A DNA stretch of 64,000 nt, taken from Candidatus Sericytochromatia bacterium (GTDB lineage: Bacteria > Cyanobacteriota > Sericytochromatia > S15B-MN24 > UBA4093). Below, piece by piece: positions 50,150-59,458 of the stretch (the first letter of the stretch is position 1; each line of letters begins with the position of its first letter). The notes beneath the pieces were generated by a model. That model was not told the origin of the DNA, did not search any database, and saw only the letters and a program-made list of their open reading frames with translations. The position numbers and the translations under genes were made by a program. The stretch is from assembly GCA_036676985.1 (NCBI GenBank), contig JAKFBU010000027.1, forward strand, positions 192,001-256,000, given 5' to 3'.

Positions 50150-51211
50150 ATGTTGCCGACCGCCGCCGCCATCACCCAAGCTCTGCACGCCGAAGGGTTC
50201 CTGCAAGCTGGCGAAGTTGTCGCCGTCGAAGTGGTCGAATCGTTTCAAGCACTTGCCACCGCTGTCTACCGGTGCCGGCTTCGTTATCGCGACGAGACCT
50301 CGCAGGGCATGCCCGAGACCATGATTTGCAAGGTCTATGGCCCCGAGTGGTACCAGCGTGGAGGGTTGCAGGAAGTCCTGGCTTATCGGCAGATCACAGC
50401 GGCACTGCGCCTATCCATCGCCCCCACGCTCTACGGCCTCATCGACGATCCAGCCGCTGAGACCTGCGTGCTCTTGATCGAGGATCTCGAAACTTGCCAT
50501 CAGCCGGTCGCATCGCCCATGGCCGATGCTTGGCTGGACCTCCTCGTGGACACCCTGGCCGACTTCCATGCCCAGTGGTGGGAGGATCCTGTGCTTCATA
50601 CCGCAGCCTTCCTCCAGCCGGAGGACACCGTGATGCGCATGGCGCAGGCGATTTCGCCCCAAGGGATTCAGGCAAACGCGGCATCAGCGAGAATTGCCGT
50701 CTCGCGCTTCCGGTCGGAGTATGGATCTGAGCTCAGCGAGGAAGAAGCTCACCTCCTCGCGCGACTGGACGCTCGATGGGCTGGCGCTTTCATCGAGCGT
50801 ACCGTCGACCAACGTGGCCTGACCCTGCTGCATGGCGATTTTCACCTCCTCGGCAACGTCTTCACCGCCAGGCAACCCGACGCGGTCAGCCCGATCAAAG
50901 TCATCGACTGGGGCCAGGTCAAGCGTGGCCTGGGGCCGCACGACCTGATGTTCGCCTTGCTGTCGGTTGACGCTGTGGACCGCCGAAGCCGTGACCTCGA
51001 GTTGCTGCGGCGTTATCACCAACGACTCCTGGCGCGAGGAGTCAATCACTATGGCTGGGACCAGTGTCTCTGGGACTATCGCTTCTCCCTCCTTACGAAC
51101 GTCTACCAATCGATCTTTCAGGGGAGCTTGCGATGGTTCAGGAGAACGCTCGATGTGGTCGACCTCTGGGAGGCGCAAGAGCTGCTCAATGGGAGCGCGA
51201 ACACGATCTAG
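50150..51211 (+). CDS. APH/choline-kinase-like phosphotransferase (EcKinase-like)
   Basis: LLIEDL, LADFHA.WW, LLHGDFH..N, IDWG, G..DL. Confidence 0.85.
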   Translation: MLPTAAAITQALHAEGFLQAGEVVAVEVVESFQALATAVYRCRLRYRDETSQGMPETMICKVYGPEWYQRGGLQEVLAYRQITAALRLSIAPTLYGLIDDPAAETCVLLIEDLETCHQPVASPMADAWLDLLVDTLADFHAQWWEDPVLHTAAFLQPEDTVMRMAQAISPQGIQANAASARIAVSRFRSEYGSELSEEEAHLLARLDARWAGAFIERTVDQRGLTLLHGDFHLLGNVFTARQPDAVSPIKVIDWGQVKRGLGPHDLMFALLSVDAVDRRSRDLELLRRYHQRLLARGVNHYGWDQCLWDYRFSLLTNVYQSIFQGSLRWFRRTLDVVDLWEAQELLNGSANTI

Positions 51212-51236
51212 CCTGCCGATGCTCGAACGCCCAACG

Positions 51237-51272
51237 AAAAAGGCCTCGACTCAATTCACTTGAGTCGAGGCC
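51237..51272 (-). terminator. Terminator downstream of tRNA-Glu
   Basis: GGCCTCGACTCAA/TTGAGTCGAGGCC stem with a T tract on the minus strand. Confidence 0.85.
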
Positions 51273-51278
51273 AATTAG

Positions 51279-51350
51279 TACCCCCGACGGGAGTCGAACC
51301 CGTCCTACCACCTTGAAAGGGTGGTGTCCTAACCGATAGACCACGGGGGC
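51279..51350 (-). tRNA. tRNA-Glu (TTC), CCA not encoded
   Basis: GCCCCCG acceptor; CCACC-CTTTCAA-GGTGG anticodon arm; GGTTCGACTCC T arm; upstream TTGAAA-N17-TATCTT promoter (51412-51384). Confidence 0.97.
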
Positions 51351-51426
51351 TAGGACGTGCGCCCGTTCAGCGCGCGTTTATCTAAGATAGTACAAATGCT
51401 GGCCAGTTTCAAGCCCATCGAAGCGA

Positions 51427-52008
51427 TCAATCCCGGCTCCTGAGCGGGCGAGGTGGCTCCCCCTGGAACGGAAAGCGATGTAGGACGCTGTATTGCGCCC
51501 CCTGGGGCGCCAGGATCGACCGGTACAGAGCGGCTTGCTCCACCCGCCAGCGGATGGGTTCCACCGCGACCTCCGCGGCGAGGTCCGCGACCCGCAACGT
51601 GGTCCGCGGGTCGCGCGCGAGCGTGATGTGCGGAGAGTAGGGACGCACCTCGGCGAGGAGGCCCAGATCCGCGATCGCCGCGCGCATGGTCTGCTCCAGC
51701 GCATGCAAGCCCTGCGTTAAATCGTCGACCCCCAGCCAGAGCACGCGCGGCTGCCCGCGCCGGGGAAAGGCGCCCAGGCTCCCCAGGCGCAGCTCGAACG
51801 GCGCGAGGACGTGGCTCGCGTCCGACAGGCGTTCGGCCAGAGGAGGCACCGCCTCCTCGGGGACCTCGCCGAAGAAGTGCAGGGTGACGTGCATGTTGGC
51901 GACCGGCTGCCAGCGCTTCACGTCCACGCGCTCGGCGAGCCCCCGCTCCACGCGCTCGATCTCCCGCTGGGCCTCGGGGGCGATCGCCACGGCCGAGAAC
52001 AGACGCAT
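51427..52008 (-). CDS. thpR: RNA 2',3'-cyclic phosphodiesterase (2H family)
   Basis: MRLF.AV, HVTLHFFG, PRVLW.G, PHITLAR; AAGGAGG SD. Confidence 0.93.
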   Translation of the reverse strand: MRLFSAVAIAPEAQREIERVERGLAERVDVKRWQPVANMHVTLHFFGEVPEEAVPPLAERLSDASHVLAPFELRLGSLGAFPRRGQPRVLWLGVDDLTQGLHALEQTMRAAIADLGLLAEVRPYSPHITLARDPRTTLRVADLAAEVAVEPIRWRVEQAALYRSILAPQGAQYSVLHRFPFQGEPPRPLRSRD

Positions 52009-52116
52009 GTCGCCTCCTTTGTAGGACGAGCCGAAGCCGCCCCGATTATAAGCGCGCAATGGACGAAGTCAACGCGGCGCGATCGCCCAAAAATGGAGCG
52101 GGGAAAGGAGGGCTCC

Positions 52117-52581
52117 GTGGGGGAATGGTTTCACCGGTTCGCCGTCAAGATCGCCGAGATGACGGGGACGCCGGGCGTGTTCGTCCTGGCGATCGTCATC
52201 ATCGCCATCTGGGGCCTCTCCGGGCCCATGTTCGGCTATTCGGACACCTGGCAGCTCGTCATCAACACGGGGACCACCATCGTGACCTTCCTGATGGTCT
52301 TCCTCATCCAGAACACCCAGAACCGCGACGCCAAGGCGATCCACCTCAAGCTCGACGAGCTCCTGCGGAGCGTCGAGGGCGCGCGCACGAGCCTGGTGGA
52401 TCTGGAAGAAGACTCCGACGAGGACCTGGAAGCCCTGCGTAAGGAGTTCCAGGAGCTGCACAAGCGGTTCAGCGCCGAGATCGGGCATCCCCCCGCGCCG
52501 GAGAAGCCCAAAAAGACCGATCAAGCACCGGAGTCCGGCCAGACACCGGAACCCGAGAAACCCGCGGACGAACAGCCCTAG
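52117..52581 (+). CDS. Low-affinity iron permease family protein
   Basis: SDTWQLVINTGTTIVTFLMVFLIQNTQNRD..AIHLKLDEL; AAGGAGG SD before GTG52117. Confidence 0.92.
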   Translation: MGEWFHRFAVKIAEMTGTPGVFVLAIVIIAIWGLSGPMFGYSDTWQLVINTGTTIVTFLMVFLIQNTQNRDAKAIHLKLDELLRSVEGARTSLVDLEEDSDEDLEALRKEFQELHKRFSAEIGHPPAPEKPKKTDQAPESGQTPEPEKPADEQP

Positions 52582-54230
52582 CGGGCGCCGGTCGCCACCG
52601 AAGCAGGGACGGCCCGCGTGCGGGCCCACTGACGGATATCCTCGACCCGCTCGCGCATGGTCACGTAGAGCGGGACCGTCCGCTCGATGGCGCCCACCAG
52701 GTGGTGTGCCAGGAGGTCGGTGCCCGAGTCGAAGGCGTCGTAGAGGCCCGAGATGATGACCTGCTCGATCTCGGCCCCGCTAAAGCCCTCGGTGGCCTCG
52801 ACCAGCTCGTTGAGGCGGAAGAGCATGGGCTTGCGGTTGCGCTTGGTCAGGTGGATCTCGAAGATGGTCTTGCGCTCCCGGGCGTCGGGCAGGTCGATGA
52901 AGAAGATCTCGTCGAAGCGCCCCTTTCGCAGGAGCTCGGGCGGCAGACAGTCGATCTGGTTGGCGGTCGCCACCACGAAGACGTTGGACTTCTTCTCCTG
53001 CATCCAGGTGATGAAGGTGCCGAAGACCCGGGCGGTGGTGCCGCCGTCCACGCTGCCCGAGCTCTGCATGCCCGAGAAGCCCTTCTCGAGCTCGTCCACC
53101 CAGAGCACGCAGGGGGCGATCGCCTCGGCGAGCTTGATGGCTTTGCGCATATTCTCTTCACTAGAGCCCACCAGGCCCCCGAAGAGCTTACCCACGTCGA
53201 GGCGAAGCAGCGGCAGCTGCCAGTTGCTCGCGATGGCCTTAGCGCTCAGGCTCTTGCCGCATCCCTGGACGCCCGTCAACAAAACGCCCTTGGGCTCAGG
53301 GATCCCGAACTCCCGGGCCTCGCGGGTGAAGGCGCGGGAGCGCTTACGCAGCCAGTCCTTGAGGTTCTCCAGGCCGCCTACGTCCGAGAGCGACTCCTCG
53401 GCGGGGTAGTAGTCCAGGATGCCCGACTTCCGTATGATGAGCTGCTTCTCGGCGAGGATGGCGTGGATGTCCGAGGGATCCAGCGTGCCGTCGTTCATAA
53501 GGGCAGCAGAGAAGGCGTTGTCCGCCTCGTCCAGCGTGAGGCCGAGGGCCGCTTCCAGGAGCTTGTCCTTGTCCTCGGGCTTGAGGCGCACGTAGGCCTT
53601 GCCGAACTGGGCCGTCTGCTGGATCTGATCATCCAGCAAGGACAGGAGCTCCTCACGATCGGGCAGGGGGAAATCGAAGACCACGAGCTCTTTCTCGAGC
53701 TCCTGGGGGATGTTGAGGACGGGCGAGACGAGGAGCACCGCTTTTCCCGTCTGTCGGTCGCGCCGGAGGTCGTGATAGATGTCGCGTAGCATGCGCACGG
53801 CCGCGTTGCGCTCTGGGTTGAGGTCATGGCCCATCCAGGGATGCAGGTCGCAGAAGACGAACAGCCCCGAGATGTCCATGCGCTCGACCGCGCGGAGCGC
53901 CGTGAGCGGGTCGCCGATGGTCTTCTGGTCGAAGCAGCGGCCGTCCTGGAGGTTGATGAGGCCCTTGGTGTAGGTCCAGACGAACATGGCCTTGCCGAGC
54001 CCGTAGCGGGCCTGCAGGCCGGAGATGAAGCGCCGCTCCTCCCAGGTCGACACGTAGATGATGGGATAGCACGCCTTGATGAACGTATCGAGGCCAGCGA
54101 GCTGCTGGTGCCGGCGGCGGATCGGGGGGCGCTGCTGGCCCATGGGCCTGAGGGGCGGCGGGTTGCCGTTCGGCATGGAGGGCGCCGGGCGCCCTATGGT
54201 ACGGCTCTTGTTGGGATCGAACTGGTCCAT
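52578..54230 (-). CDS. AAA+ ATPase, Ycf46-like
   Basis: [53 protein letters not shown]. Confidence 0.9.
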   Translation of the reverse strand: MDQFDPNKSRTIGRPAPSMPNGNPPPLRPMGQQRPPIRRRHQQLAGLDTFIKACYPIIYVSTWEERRFISGLQARYGLGKAMFVWTYTKGLINLQDGRCFDQKTIGDPLTALRAVERMDISGLFVFCDLHPWMGHDLNPERNAAVRMLRDIYHDLRRDRQTGKAVLLVSPVLNIPQELEKELVVFDFPLPDREELLSLLDDQIQQTAQFGKAYVRLKPEDKDKLLEAALGLTLDEADNAFSAALMNDGTLDPSDIHAILAEKQLIIRKSGILDYYPAEESLSDVGGLENLKDWLRKRSRAFTREAREFGIPEPKGVLLTGVQGCGKSLSAKAIASNWQLPLLRLDVGKLFGGLVGSSEENMRKAIKLAEAIAPCVLWVDELEKGFSGMQSSGSVDGGTTARVFGTFITWMQEKKSNVFVVATANQIDCLPPELLRKGRFDEIFFIDLPDARERKTIFEIHLTKRNRKPMLFRLNELVEATEGFSGAEIEQVIISGLYDAFDSGTDLLAHHLVGAIERTVPLYVTMRERVEDIRQWARTRAVPASVATGAR

Positions 54231-54284
54231 GCTCCCCCCTTCGGTCGGTCGGGGATCTTGTACCCGAAGGGGCGCTCGCCGACT

Positions 54285-55745
54285 CTAGGGACTTTCGATC
54301 GTCAGCAGCTGGGGCGGGGTGGCGTCCGCCGGGAAGAGCAGGGTCGTCGTGACGTCGAACCGCGTGCGGGCCGGGACCTCGAGCGTCACGAAGGGCGGCA
54401 TGGCCTGGCCATGCTGGATGACCAGGTGCACGAAGCGCTGCTGCCGCTGGCCCGCCTCGTCGAACCACTCGACCCGCACCGGGCCGCGGAACATGACCGG
54501 CCGGTTGGGCGGATCCACGTAGACCGCCGCCGAGGCCGGCCGATCCCCCACCACCTTGGACGGGTGCGAGAGCGAGAGCGCAAAGGTGCGAGGCACCTCC
54601 GACTGGTTGTCGAGCGGGATGCGCAGCTCGTAGGTGACGCCGTAGTTGCCGTGCGCCTGGTAGGCGCTGCCCACGTAGCGCTTGACCATCGGCGCGCTCT
54701 GGACCTGGCCGGTGCCGAGCGTGTTGAGGACGGCCGTGGCGATGGGGTAGCCCTGACGCTCACCGGGTCCGGGCAGGCGCAGGCCCGAAAAATCAGCCGT
54801 CCAGCGATCGCCCTTGCTGACCCCGGCCACGCGACCGTAGCGGAACGGCCCCTGCGGCAAGGGCTCGCCCGGGACGTATGGGGTGGCGGGGGGCTCCGCC
54901 GGCCCTGCCCGGCGAGCAGCCAGGAGCACGGCGAGGAAGTCGTCGGGAACAGGGACCGTGAAGGCCCCGCTCGGAGACTTGGGAGCAAAGTACGCGACCT
55001 CGGAAAGGCTCACGGGGCCGTCGCTCCGCATCCGCATGAGCGTGGTGCGGCCGTTGGTCGGCGGGCCGATCTCGACGGTGGTGGGGATGCTCCAGTGGTA
55101 GAGCAGCACCGTCTGCCCGGGCGGCAGCGAGAAGCGCGCGGGCGCGATGGGCGAGCGGCCATGCAGCATCTCGGTGGCGATACGATCGCCGGGGCCCGCG
55201 TAGATGGTACCCTCGGGGTCGAGGAGCAGGGGTTGAAGGGACTTGAAGGGGGCGTCCGGCTGGCTGAGGAAGCTGGCTCCGGACAACATGTCCAGGGTGA
55301 CGGGGCGCTCCGCGCGGTTCGTGGCGAGGAAGCCGAGGTAGAGGAGCTTCTCGCCGGGGACCAGGTCCTTGGCGATGTGATGGGAGAAGACGCTGAAGTC
55401 GCCCTCGAAGGCCTGGTCCAGGAACACGGGGGCGTCGTCGGTCGCCGGCGGCGTCATGGTCGAGAGCAGGATGCCCGGCTCCTGCACGATCTCCGGGTTG
55501 TTGCTGTTGAAGACGAGCGTGTTGTCGAGTCCCCCGGGCAACGGCTGGATGCGCACCGGGACCTGGACGGGGACCTGTGGGCGCGGGGTGGGCGTGGGCA
55601 CGGGCATGCCGGGCTCCGGACGGCGCTGGGACACTGCCGCGCACCCCGCCGCGAGCGACAGGATCGTGCAGGCGATCGCCAAATGCTGTAGCCGGAAGCC
55701 CTTGACTTCAATGGCCACCGGAAGTCGGGAGTTCATGCGCTTCAT
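54285..55745 (-). CDS. DUF3370-family protein, probable lipoprotein (start uncertain)
   Basis: LPGGLD...FNSNNPE, GILLST, FSHH, SFLSQPDAPF, GPGDR, YGRVAGV, AHGNYGV.Y, FRG, PADATPPQ; LAAGC lipobox. Confidence 0.8.
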   Translation of the reverse strand: MKRMNSRLPVAIEVKGFRLQHLAIACTILSLAAGCAAVSQRRPEPGMPVPTPTPRPQVPVQVPVRIQPLPGGLDNTLVFNSNNPEIVQEPGILLSTMTPPATDDAPVFLDQAFEGDFSVFSHHIAKDLVPGEKLLYLGFLATNRAERPVTLDMLSGASFLSQPDAPFKSLQPLLLDPEGTIYAGPGDRIATEMLHGRSPIAPARFSLPPGQTVLLYHWSIPTTVEIGPPTNGRTTLMRMRSDGPVSLSEVAYFAPKSPSGAFTVPVPDDFLAVLLAARRAGPAEPPATPYVPGEPLPQGPFRYGRVAGVSKGDRWTADFSGLRLPGPGERQGYPIATAVLNTLGTGQVQSAPMVKRYVGSAYQAHGNYGVTYELRIPLDNQSEVPRTFALSLSHPSKVVGDRPASAAVYVDPPNRPVMFRGPVRVEWFDEAGQRQQRFVHLVIQHGQAMPPFVTLEVPARTRFDVTTTLLFPADATPPQLLTIESP

Positions 55746-55977
55746 GGGTCCCCACGGGGTATAATCGACCGTTGCCGATCCATCCTACCATCCTAGAGGA
55801 AGAGGGCCGATGGCCACCCCCGTCGAACGCGTTTGTGCCGACTCCTTCCTGTCCGCAAGGCAGCTAAAGGAAGCCTCCTTGCGGGGTATGGACTAAAGGA
55901 CACCTTCCAGGCGACCGCGGGCGTCGCTTCGCCGCGGCGCTGAACCACCCGGATCCCTATCCAGAATCGAGGTAACC

Positions 55978-56454
55978 ATGGCGAACAACAACGTGATTGC
56001 CGGGCTCAAGAAGGCCTGGGACGACACCCGGTCCTTGCCGGACGGAAACGCCGCCTTCAGCGCCCTCTTCGGCAAGCTGGTCCCCTACGCGGCCACCATC
56101 GACCCGCTCGTCGTCCAGCTCGAGGCCGGGCACGCCCGGATCCAGATGCAGGACCGCGAGCCCGTCCGCAACCATCTGAGCTCGGTGCACGCCGTGGCGC
56201 TCATGAACCTGGGCGAGATGACGAGCGGCCTGGCCCTCGCCTACTCCCTGCCCGAGGACGGCCGCTCGATCCTCACCAAGCTGACCATGGAGTACTTCAA
56301 GAAGGCACGCGGCCCCCTGGAGGCCGAGTGCCGCTTCACGGTGCCGGAGTTCCCCGAGAAGTCCGAGCATCACCTCGAGATCCCCATCCGGGACGCCGAG
56401 GGTGAGGTGGTGGCCAAGGCCACGGCAATTTGGCTCGTGGACCGCAAAGCCTAA
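55978..56454 (+). CDS. Hotdog-fold thioesterase (PaaI/DUF4442-like)
   Basis: VRNHLSSVHAVALMNLGE, EYFKKARG. Confidence 0.85.
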   Translation: MANNNVIAGLKKAWDDTRSLPDGNAAFSALFGKLVPYAATIDPLVVQLEAGHARIQMQDREPVRNHLSSVHAVALMNLGEMTSGLALAYSLPEDGRSILTKLTMEYFKKARGPLEAECRFTVPEFPEKSEHHLEIPIRDAEGEVVAKATAIWLVDRKA

Positions 56455-56476
56455 GCGCCTTTTAATCCAAGCCCCT

Positions 56477-56505
56477 GACCCGCCGTGATCACCGCACGGC
56501 GGGTC
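56477..56505 (+). terminator. Hairpin after the thioesterase gene
   Basis: GACCCGCCGTG/CACGGCGGGTC. Confidence 0.55.
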
Positions 56506-56651
56506 TAGTCTACGGAGCAGTCGGCGGAACGGGCCTCGGAACGGCAATCAGGTTTGATTTTTGCGCCCAAACTGCCTATACTGAGCCGGTGAGATGAGGC
56601 CTGTCATCCCTGTCGTCGCGGCCTCACGCCCCCTGCATCGAGGATCCAATC

Positions 56652-58073
56652 TTGAGCGAACAGCAGCAGAAAAAGCCGTATCACTACTTCCCCGATCGCG
56701 TGTACCACACCGTGCAAGACTGGCCCGAGGCCGGCAAGGGCCTGGCCCGCGCGCACCAGCTCGGACCCGAAGGGACGATCGCCGAGGTCCGTACCGCCAA
56801 CCTGCGCGGTCGCGGCGGCGCCGGCTTCCCGGCGGCCATCAAGTGGGCGAACATCCGCGCCGACAAGTGCCCCATCAAGTACACGGTCTGCAACTCGGCC
56901 GAAGGGGAGCCCGGCACCTACAAGGATCGCTGGCTCATCCGCCACAACCCCTACATCATCCTCGAGGGCGTCGCGATCGCGGCCTACGCGCTCGGCGCGA
57001 AGGAAGCCTACATCTGCATGAAGGTCATCTTCGAGCGCGAGTACGACCGCCTGACGGCCGCCCGCGACGAGATGGTCGCGGCGGGCATGCTGGGCGACAT
57101 CCCCGTCCACATCGTCAAGGGTGCCGACGAGTACCTGCTCGGCGAGGAGCGCGGCCTGCTGGAGGCCATCGAGGGCAACTTCCCGTTCCCCCGCGTGTCG
57201 CCCCCTTACGTGCACGGCCTCTTCACGGCGCAGGGCATGTTCTCGGCCGAGACCGAGGAGAACAACCCCGCCTGCGTCAACAACGTCGAGACCCTGACCC
57301 ACGCCTGCAACATCCTGCGCGAGGGCGTCGACTACTTCAAGTCGGTCGGCACCGAGGCCACGCCGGGCACCACCATCTTCACGCTGCAGGGCGACGTGGA
57401 GCGCCAGGGCATGTACGAGCTGCCCATCGGCACCTCGTTCCGCCACCTGCTCGAGGAGTGCGGCGGCGGCATCAAGGGCGGCCGGCAGTTCAAGATGATG
57501 CTCTCGGGCGTGTCCTGCGGCGTCCTCACCAAGAACCACCTGGACACCCCCATGGACTTCGCGACCATGAAGGCCGTCGACTCGGGCCTCGGCTCGGGCG
57601 GCTACATCATCTTCGACGACACCTGGAACGCGGTGGACATCGCCTACGCGTACTCCAAGTTCCTCGCCAACGAGTCCTGCGGCCAGTGCCCCTCGTGCAA
57701 GATGGGCACCGCCGAGATCACCATCGCCCTCGAGAAGCTCTCGTACGGCGTCGGCAGCCAGGAAGACCTCGAGACCATCGAGAAGGGCCTGGGCCTCGTC
57801 GCCACGGGCAACCGCTGCTTCCTCCCGGTGGCCGAGAAGGCGCTCATCCGCAGCATCTTCTCGAACTTCCCCGAGGATTTCCAGGCGGCCCTCAAGCCCC
57901 GCGCCGACCGCAAGGAGCCGCCGGTGGCCAAGATCCTGGACTTCAACCCGGAGACCCGCGAGTTCACGTACGACCCCAAGTATCCGTACAAGCGTCCCGA
58001 CGGCCGCTACAACAGCAAGGCCGAGGGTCCGTACCGCTATACCTTCACCGAGAAGGTCAAGGCGCACGTCTAG
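56652..58073 (+). CDS. Stand-alone NuoF/HoxF-like FMN/NADH-binding [4Fe-4S] protein
   Basis: LRGRGGAGFP..KW, CNSAEGEPGTYKDR, YLLGEE, NNVETL, ESCGQCPSCKMG...C; TTG start. Confidence 0.88.
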   Translation: MSEQQQKKPYHYFPDRVYHTVQDWPEAGKGLARAHQLGPEGTIAEVRTANLRGRGGAGFPAAIKWANIRADKCPIKYTVCNSAEGEPGTYKDRWLIRHNPYIILEGVAIAAYALGAKEAYICMKVIFEREYDRLTAARDEMVAAGMLGDIPVHIVKGADEYLLGEERGLLEAIEGNFPFPRVSPPYVHGLFTAQGMFSAETEENNPACVNNVETLTHACNILREGVDYFKSVGTEATPGTTIFTLQGDVERQGMYELPIGTSFRHLLEECGGGIKGGRQFKMMLSGVSCGVLTKNHLDTPMDFATMKAVDSGLGSGGYIIFDDTWNAVDIAYAYSKFLANESCGQCPSCKMGTAEITIALEKLSYGVGSQEDLETIEKGLGLVATGNRCFLPVAEKALIRSIFSNFPEDFQAALKPRADRKEPPVAKILDFNPETREFTYDPKYPYKRPDGRYNSKAEGPYRYTFTEKVKAHV

Positions 58074-58094
58074 GCTCGAATCGGGCTATAACCG

Positions 58095-58123
58095 AAAAGG
58101 GGCGGGGTAACCCGCTCCTTTTT
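58095..58123. terminator. Bidirectional terminator after the NuoF-like gene
   Basis: AAAAGGGGCGGG-GTAA-CCCGCTCCTTTTT. Confidence 0.8.
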
Positions 58124-58153
58124 GCATCCGAGGACCGCGAGGACCCGCTACGC

Positions 58154-59428
58154 ATGCGCAACGGACTGTTTTTGGGCACCTTGATCCTGGCGCTCGCCGG
58201 CGGCCAGGGGCTCGCCCTCGGCCTCACGCCGGCAGCGGCGGGTACGAAAGCAGCGGCCGCCGGAACGGGCACCGTCGTGCTGGCCGGCGGCGGCCTGTCG
58301 GACGACAACCGCGCGCTCTGGCAGGCGCTGTGCCAGGCGGCTCGATCCGTGAGCAGGCACGAGCGCCCGCGCATCGCCGTCATCGGCAGCGGGCGCCCCT
58401 CGTTGCAGGTTGCCAGGGCCGCCTTTTACCAGGACGAGGACGGCCACCTCTCGTATCAGAACCTCTTCAGGCGCTACGGATTCGATCCCGTCTTCGTGCC
58501 CATTGCCATCGACGCCTACCGCTCGGTCAACTCGGACCCCGCCGTCGTCTCGTTGGTCACGGGCGCGGATGCCGTCTGGTTCGGCGGGGGGTCGCAGGCC
58601 TACCATGCGCGGTGCTTCCTACAGGACGACGGCTCGGATACGCCCTTGATGACGGCGGTCCGCGGCGTGCACCGCAAGGGCGGGGTCGTGGGCGGCACGA
58701 GCGCCGGGGCGGCCGTCATGGACGAGTTCACCTACGGCGAGGCCCGGAGCCACGGCTACTTCCTCGCCAACAGCCTGCCCTACCGGCCGCTCGCGGCCAT
58801 GCACGACGGCCGGGATTCCTCGCTCGCGTCCGAGGGTCCGGGCGGCGGCTACACCCGCGGCCTCGGAATGGTGGCGGACATCGATGCGGCCGTGGACACC
58901 CACGTGAACGCCCGCGGCCGCTACGGCCGGGTGATGGTCGCCATGCGCGCGCTGAAGTACCGCTACGGCATCGCCGTCTCCGAGGACACGGCCCTGTTCA
59001 TCAAGGGCAAGCGCGGCACGGTCATGGGCGCGGACCGCGTGCTCATCGCGGACGGGACAGCCGCACGCTACGGCTCCGACCAATACTTCCAGGTCTCGGA
59101 CCTGATGCTCTCGAGCCTCCGGGGCTCCGACGGCTTCGACTTCGCGACGGGCACGGCCACGAGTGCCAGGCCTGCGGTCTCGGGGAACGGGACCGCGCCC
59201 GGGTTCGATGCCTCCGACGTGTTCGGCGGCGCCGAGTTGCCCAAGGCCCTCGAGACGCTCGGTGCCTCGGGCCAGTCCGCGGCCTCGGGCAGGTCGCGGG
59301 AGGTCACTCCGACGGGCTTCCGGCTCGACCTGAAGCGATCGCCCCGGACCCTCGCCACCCGGGATCCCGCCACCGGCCGGCTCAGCGTCCTCCACGTCAC
59401 GGCCACCGTCACGCCCACCGCACCCTAG
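58154..59428 (+). CDS. Secreted cyanophycinase-like serine peptidase (S51)
   Basis: Signal peptide; VLAGGG, WFGGGSQ, GGTSAGAA nucleophile elbow, DTHVNARGRYGR, SEDTA. Confidence 0.85.
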   Translation: MRNGLFLGTLILALAGGQGLALGLTPAAAGTKAAAAGTGTVVLAGGGLSDDNRALWQALCQAARSVSRHERPRIAVIGSGRPSLQVARAAFYQDEDGHLSYQNLFRRYGFDPVFVPIAIDAYRSVNSDPAVVSLVTGADAVWFGGGSQAYHARCFLQDDGSDTPLMTAVRGVHRKGGVVGGTSAGAAVMDEFTYGEARSHGYFLANSLPYRPLAAMHDGRDSSLASEGPGGGYTRGLGMVADIDAAVDTHVNARGRYGRVMVAMRALKYRYGIAVSEDTALFIKGKRGTVMGADRVLIADGTAARYGSDQYFQVSDLMLSSLRGSDGFDFATGTATSARPAVSGNGTAPGFDASDVFGGAELPKALETLGASGQSAASGRSREVTPTGFRLDLKRSPRTLATRDPATGRLSVLHVTATVTPTAP

Positions 59429-59458
59429 CGCCCGCTGCTATTCCATAAGGAGACTGCC

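Noticed and set aside
51279-51350. Integrated prophage or ICE at tRNA-Glu
   Set aside because: No integrase, phage or conjugation genes and no visible att duplication.
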